In this document: positions 59,169 to 64,000 of the stretch, one piece after another
Position numbering within the stretch: the stretch's first letter is position 1
Layout: each line of letters opens with the position of its first letter
Source of the DNA: Cetorhinus maximus
Taxonomy: Eukaryota
NCBI RefSeq assembly: GCF_964194155.1
Contig: NC_135909.1
Span: 21,080,001-21,144,000 of the forward strand
Length of the DNA: 64,000 nucleotides
Direction of reading: 5' to 3'
Made by a program: the position numbers and the translations under genes
The notes under the pieces: model-generated
What the model saw: the letters and a program-made list of their open reading frames with translations, nothing else
What the model was told of the DNA's origin: nothing
The model's database searches: none

Positions 59169-60233
59169 CTTCTTCTTGTCGTGTCCACGGACAGTCTATA
59201 CATGGCCCAGCCAGAACTGGACACATTGTTGCGCCTTGTTGTTGAATTCGGCAAGATCTGCAACAGTGCAGGGTTCCTCTAGCGATAGGCATTGCAGGAG
59301 ATGTTGCATAGTCTGTGGCTCAGTTCTACATTCACAAGTTGTCGGACTGGTTGTATATCCTCATTTGCTTAGTGACACCTTTGAACGACCTACACCAGTC
59401 CTAAGTCTGTTAAGGCACTTCCATGTTGCCCAGTTGCAATTAGCTCCTGGGGGAAGGCTTTCATCCGGTAGAATTTCCAGCACTGGGGGTTGTTCGAGAC
59501 TGGCGAGCCAGTCTTTCCACGAGGCGATGCAGGCTTCAGATGGGGTGGATTGTAATGGAACAACACTGTTCAGGAAGCTCTTCCTTGACTTTAGGCGGCT
59601 GGGTGTAGGTGTATGACCATGTAGAGGGTGCCTCTCATCTGATGTTTGACGGAGTCGCTCTTTCTTGCTGGCTACCGTTCTTCTTATATCAGGGGGAGCG
59701 ATACCCGCCAGGATATACAGGCTGTTGGTGTTTGTTGGTTTTAAACAACCTGTGATACGTTGGCAGCTTGCATTCAGAACGACATCCATCTTCTTAGCGT
59801 GAGTAGATCTTTCCCATGCAGGGCAGGCGTATTCCCCAGTGGAATAGCAAAGAGCAAGTGCACTGGTTCGCAATGTTTTCGGGCTTGCTCCCCATTTTGT
59901 GTTATTCAGGATGTTGTTTTGTGCGCTCACTTTTGCCTTTGTCTTTTTGATGTGGTTCTTGAAGGTGAGGCATCTGTCAAGGGTGACTCCTAAGTAGATA
60001 GGGTGCTCGCAATGCGTCAGTGTTGCTCCACACCAGGTTACTTTAAGCTGGCGTTTGGATTCACGCTTTCTGAGGTGGAATGCACAAACTTGCATCTTTG
60101 ATGGGTTTGCGTAAAGGTGGTTTTCTTCATAGTAGGATGTTAGTCCCTCCAAGGCCTCAGAAAGTGTTTTCTCCACGGTGTTAAAATCAGTGCTTTGGGC
60201 AGTGGCACATAAGTCATCAGCATATATAAAACA
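59169..60233 (-). mobile_element. Vingi (Ingi-related) non-LTR retrotransposon, 5'-truncated, young
   Basis: FIYADDL, YLGVTLDR.LTF..H, WGA.P.TLRTSALALCYS..EYACPAW, ITGCLKPT, LAGIAPP.IRR, WKCLNRLRTGVGR, C-terminal CECRTEPQTMQHLLQC; (GAA)n tail; 8-bp TSD TGTCTGGT at 59161-59168 and 60234-60241. Confidence 0.85.
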
Positions 60234-60241
60234 TGTCTGGT

Positions 60242-61195
60242 AATGTGTGTGATTTACTCACTCTCTGATTCTGTGTGTGTTTGGAAGGCTGTGGTACAGT
60301 GTGCGAGTGTCGGGTTTATTCTGTATCTGTGACTTGATGGGACCATGTCTCAGTGTTGGGTTCACTTGGCATCCTGAAACTCATTGTGCATCTGTCCGTT
60401 ATTGGTGCATGTAAACAAATTCATTTTCTCCTCGGGACTATAAACCAGAGCGGAATTAAATCAGTATGTGTTTCTCTCAGCCACAGAAATTGTTGGATTG
60501 ATTCTGTACCTGTCAGTCTCTGTAACTGGATGTTAATGAGATTCTGTATTTGTCAGTCTCTGGCACTGTAGGTCAGTGTGTTATCGGTTCTGTATCTTTC
60601 AGTCTGTGTTACTATATCTGAGTCTGTGAACTTCTCATTCACTATCAGTGCCTGATACTGTGTGTGAATGTGAGATTAATTATGTACCTGTCAACATCCG
60701 TTGCTGAATGACAGTGTGGAGTTCAGTCTGTATTGGCACTGATTCAATGTGAGTCATTCTCAGTAGCCCCATCTCTTGCAATGTTTGACGCAGTTAATCC
60801 CAGTGTCACATACAGCACCAAAGACTGCCAAATCTGGAATCTGTCTCAATGGGTTGTACTGGATATGAGTGTGGTTAATTCTCTTTTAATCAGTGGTGCT
60901 GTGTGGAAGTTTGCAATCCATTTTCTTTCTGTTGAACTCTGGGACGCTGTGTAAGCGTTGGTTCCATTTTCTAGCGCAGTGCCTGATGCTTTGCTGAAAT
61001 GAAGAATTCATTTTGTCTCTATCAGTCTTTGGCTCTGAGATTCCTCTGTGTTTCTCAGTCTGTGGTACTGTGTGAATGTCAGATTCATTCTGTATCTCTA
61101 CATCTCTGGGACATTTGAGATTCATCCTGTATCTATCAGTCAGTGTGCTTTGTGTGATGTGGGATAACTCTGCATCATCTTCAGTCTGCAAAACT
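60242..61195 (+). repeat. Degenerate ~46-bp satellite (same family as 47.3-52.9 kb)
   Basis: attctgtacctgtcagtctctg, ggtactgtgtgaatgt units. Confidence 0.75.
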
Positions 61196-62089
61196 GTTAC
61201 AAAGCAGCTTTATAAACCCTCAGTTGTATCATGGGATCCACCCCACTACAGTCAGCTCCCATGCTCTTCTCTATTACCTTTTACATTCTTTGATAGCAGA
61301 TATGGTTGCCCTCAGCTGTGTCTGTTCCCTATTCCAATCCTCCTACTGAAGTATACCTGCTTTTATTTAATTACTCTTCTGAAATGAGCAATTAACTAGT
61401 TTGGTTCAAGTTGATTATGTGTCCTTCTTTTAACTCAAGGGAGCTCCTGTGGTTTGCTTGGTTTAGAACATAATTTTCCAAGTTCACAATCCCAGTAAGA
61501 AGGCTGATCTGTCCAGGATGTAAATGACTGATTCACACACACACACTCTACCTGATTTCCAACCAATGAATTTAATTTGCATCCAGACTTCCATCTTGCA
61601 CTATTCATTAGTGAGACTCATCATTCACATCATGAGGTCAGATAATTACAGGTTTAAAGTTCAGTTGATAAGTCTGACATGTTTAAACATTTATATGTAT
61701 AAAGGCCACTTGATAAGACTGACAATCTTTTGTTGTATTGTTGAAATGAAGGAATGGAACATGAATATTTGAACAGTGGTGAAATTTTCAGGCAGACCCA
61801 GTTCTGACAAACATCTAGAGGGTCAGTGATTACTGGTGGCTGCAGGAGATGTGAGCTTTCTTTTATTAAATCACAGGATGTGGGCTCATTCCTAATTGCC
61901 CTGGAGAAAGTATTGGTGAGTGGCCTTCTTGAATAGAACTGAATGGTTTACTTGGACATTGTAGGTGGCAGTTCAGGGATAAGCTGATTACTGCGGTTTG
62001 TTCTGAGATCATATATAAACCAGACTGGGTAAGGATTGGGATGGTAGTTTTACTTCCTGAAAGGTGTTAAGATGGTATATCATTTCCAA

Positions 62090-62700
62090 CACCATGCCTG
62101 AGATAACTATTGAGTACAGATACAGAATTAACCCCAGACTTACAAGCAACATCAAAGACTGAGAGTGACAGAATAAACCAGACACTGTGAAGTGCTCAAC
62201 AAATCCAACATGTTACTAGGCACTGACAAATACAGAATGAAGCCCAAGGCACTGACGACATAAGAGATACACAGATGCAGAGTAAATCACACACCCATTT
62301 ACAGTACCAGAGATAGACAAAGGCAGAAAGAATCACATTTCACACAGTACAACTGACTGATAGGTACAGAATGAATCTCAAGCAGTCCCAGAGATGAAGA
62401 GATGGAGAAAGAATCTGAAATTCACAGAGTGCCACAGATTTACACACACACAACATTCATGAACACATGTTCAGAAATAAGGTTTGATAAGTACAGAACA
62501 AATCCCACAGTCATGCACCACGTCAGGGATTGAGAGTTACAGAATGTATCTAACACTCACACAGAGTACCAAAGCCTAACAGAAACAAAATCAACCCCAC
62601 TCTCACACACAGTACCACTGACTTGCCAAATTAATCCTACTCTCCCTTACAATACCACGATCTGACAGAATTAATCCCACTCTCACATACAGTACCAAAC
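62090..62700 (-). repeat. Same satellite, opposite orientation
   Basis: cacacagtacca..actgac..atacagaat..aatcccac units. Confidence 0.75.
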
Positions 62701-62989
62701 AGAGAGCAGCTGATCCAGCTGAATAAAGGCTTGAAGTTTCATGAGGAGGGAGTTTAAAGTGCTAATTTTGTTCGTAAATTTTGCTCTTGAAACCTAATCT
62801 AGTCTGTAATTAACAGTAACTGGAAAGTACTGTGTAAGCAGGCTCAATTATTTATTTCTTGCAGTTTAGACAGGGAAAACTCACTCAGCTGTAGGAGTTG
62901 AGTAGTTCATTAGCAAACTAGTTCAATCTGGTTACTGTTGCCACCAGTTCAGTTTACAATAAATTCAGGGTTTTTTAGTGCAGCCAAGG

Positions 62990-64000
62990 CAAACCGAGCG
63001 CAGCTGAGCTAACTGTGTGAAGACTTGGAGCTTGGTGAGAGGGGAGCTCGGAAAAGGGTTGGGGGGAGGAAAGCAGGTAAATGTTTCCTTCTTCTATCCT
63101 TCTCACCCCATAGGAATTGGTCCTTGTTCTACTACAGAGAAAGGAGTTAGCTGTTTGGTGAGTATCTGGTAAGTGGGTAAGGGGTATTCTGTCCCCAAAG
63201 TTTAAAATAGTACACACATTTGTGGTAAAGTTAATAAATATGTAAGAATAACTGAATAATATCATTAAGTATTTATTGAAAAAACATTAAGGATGGCATA
63301 ACAGGTAACGTGTCCAGGCTGCAGCATGTGGGAACTCCAGGATAACATTATGATCCAGAGCAAATGTCTAAGTGTTCGTGGCTTGAGGAACTTTGGCTCA
63401 GAGTCATTGAGCTGGAGGCTGAGCTGCAAACTCTGTGACACATCAGGGAGAGGGGAACTTACCTTGATGTTTTATACCAGGAGCCAGTCACACCATTTAG
63501 AGTAGGGTCTTCTGATTTGGTCAGGGACAGGAGGGTGTGACTGCGAATGAGGCTGGTAATGGGACCCAGAGGGCAGGAGTGTGAGCCCCAGCAATGGTCC
63601 AATAGGTTTGATGTTCTCCCAGCTTGTTTGGATGAGGGCAGTGGCTGCAGGGTAGATGAGCAAACTGACCATGGCACCGTGGTACAGGAAGCCATTCAAG
63701 TTGGGGGAAGAAAAAGGAATGTAGTGGTAGTATGGGGCAGTATATTGAGTAGGAATGGCACTGTTCTCTGTAGCAAAGAGCGGGAGTCCAGACAGCTGTA
63801 TTGCCTGCCTGGTGCCAGGGTTCGGGACATCTGCTCAGGGCTGGACAGCAATTTTCAGTGGGAGGTAGATGATCCAGTAGTCATGGTCCATTTAAGCACC
63901 AACAACATAGGCAGGAGGAAAGAAGCTCTGCATAGTCAGTATGAGGAGCTCAGCACAAAATTAAGAAACAGAAGCTCAAAGGATTATTAGCTGAGCCATG
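62990..64000 (+). mobile_element. CR1 LINE 5'UTR and degenerate ORF1, running off the window end
   Basis: C.GCSMWE at ~63310, SNRFDVL, CLPGARVRDI, DPVVMVHLSTNNIG. Confidence 0.85.

Overview
Vertebrate genomic DNA, almost certainly from a cartilaginous fish (shark-type CR1, Penelope, DeuSINE and tRNA-SINE repeats; shark-type H2B N-terminus). It is mostly repeats, with a 200-N assembly gap at 8529-8728. The host genes form a mixed histone / tRNA / C2H2 zinc-finger cluster. It contains one intact replication-dependent H2B gene (58427-58804, minus strand; TATA, octamer-like site, CCAAT boxes, 3' stem-loop), a 5'-destroyed H2B copy, a probable H2A promoter/start remnant, and an H4 retro-fragment buried in a LINE. 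It also has an intact-looking tRNA-Thr(AGT), a variant tRNA-Trp(CCA), several tRNA pseudogenes, and a 12-finger C2H2 gene with no visible KRAB domain (25012-26058) whose probable CpG-island promoter lies at about 17.0 kb. Mobile DNA includes nested CR1 LINEs with readable TSDs, an RTE LINE split by an ERV1-like solo LTR, a young Vingi LINE, Tx1/L1-like LINEs, a Penelope element with a hammerhead-ribozyme motif, a Harbinger Myb/SANT remnant, SINEs, a 27-bp minisatellite and a degenerate 40-46-bp satellite. The best leads are: an H4 mRNA segment inserted seamlessly into a LINE RT gene; two related Tx1-like insertions at the first codons of two histone genes; and a gene-conversion-like tract keeping a dead H2B nearly identical to the live one. 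All calls were made by eye with no database searches, and repeat boundaries without a TSD are approximate. I cannot show a wholly new system; the leads are testable hypotheses.
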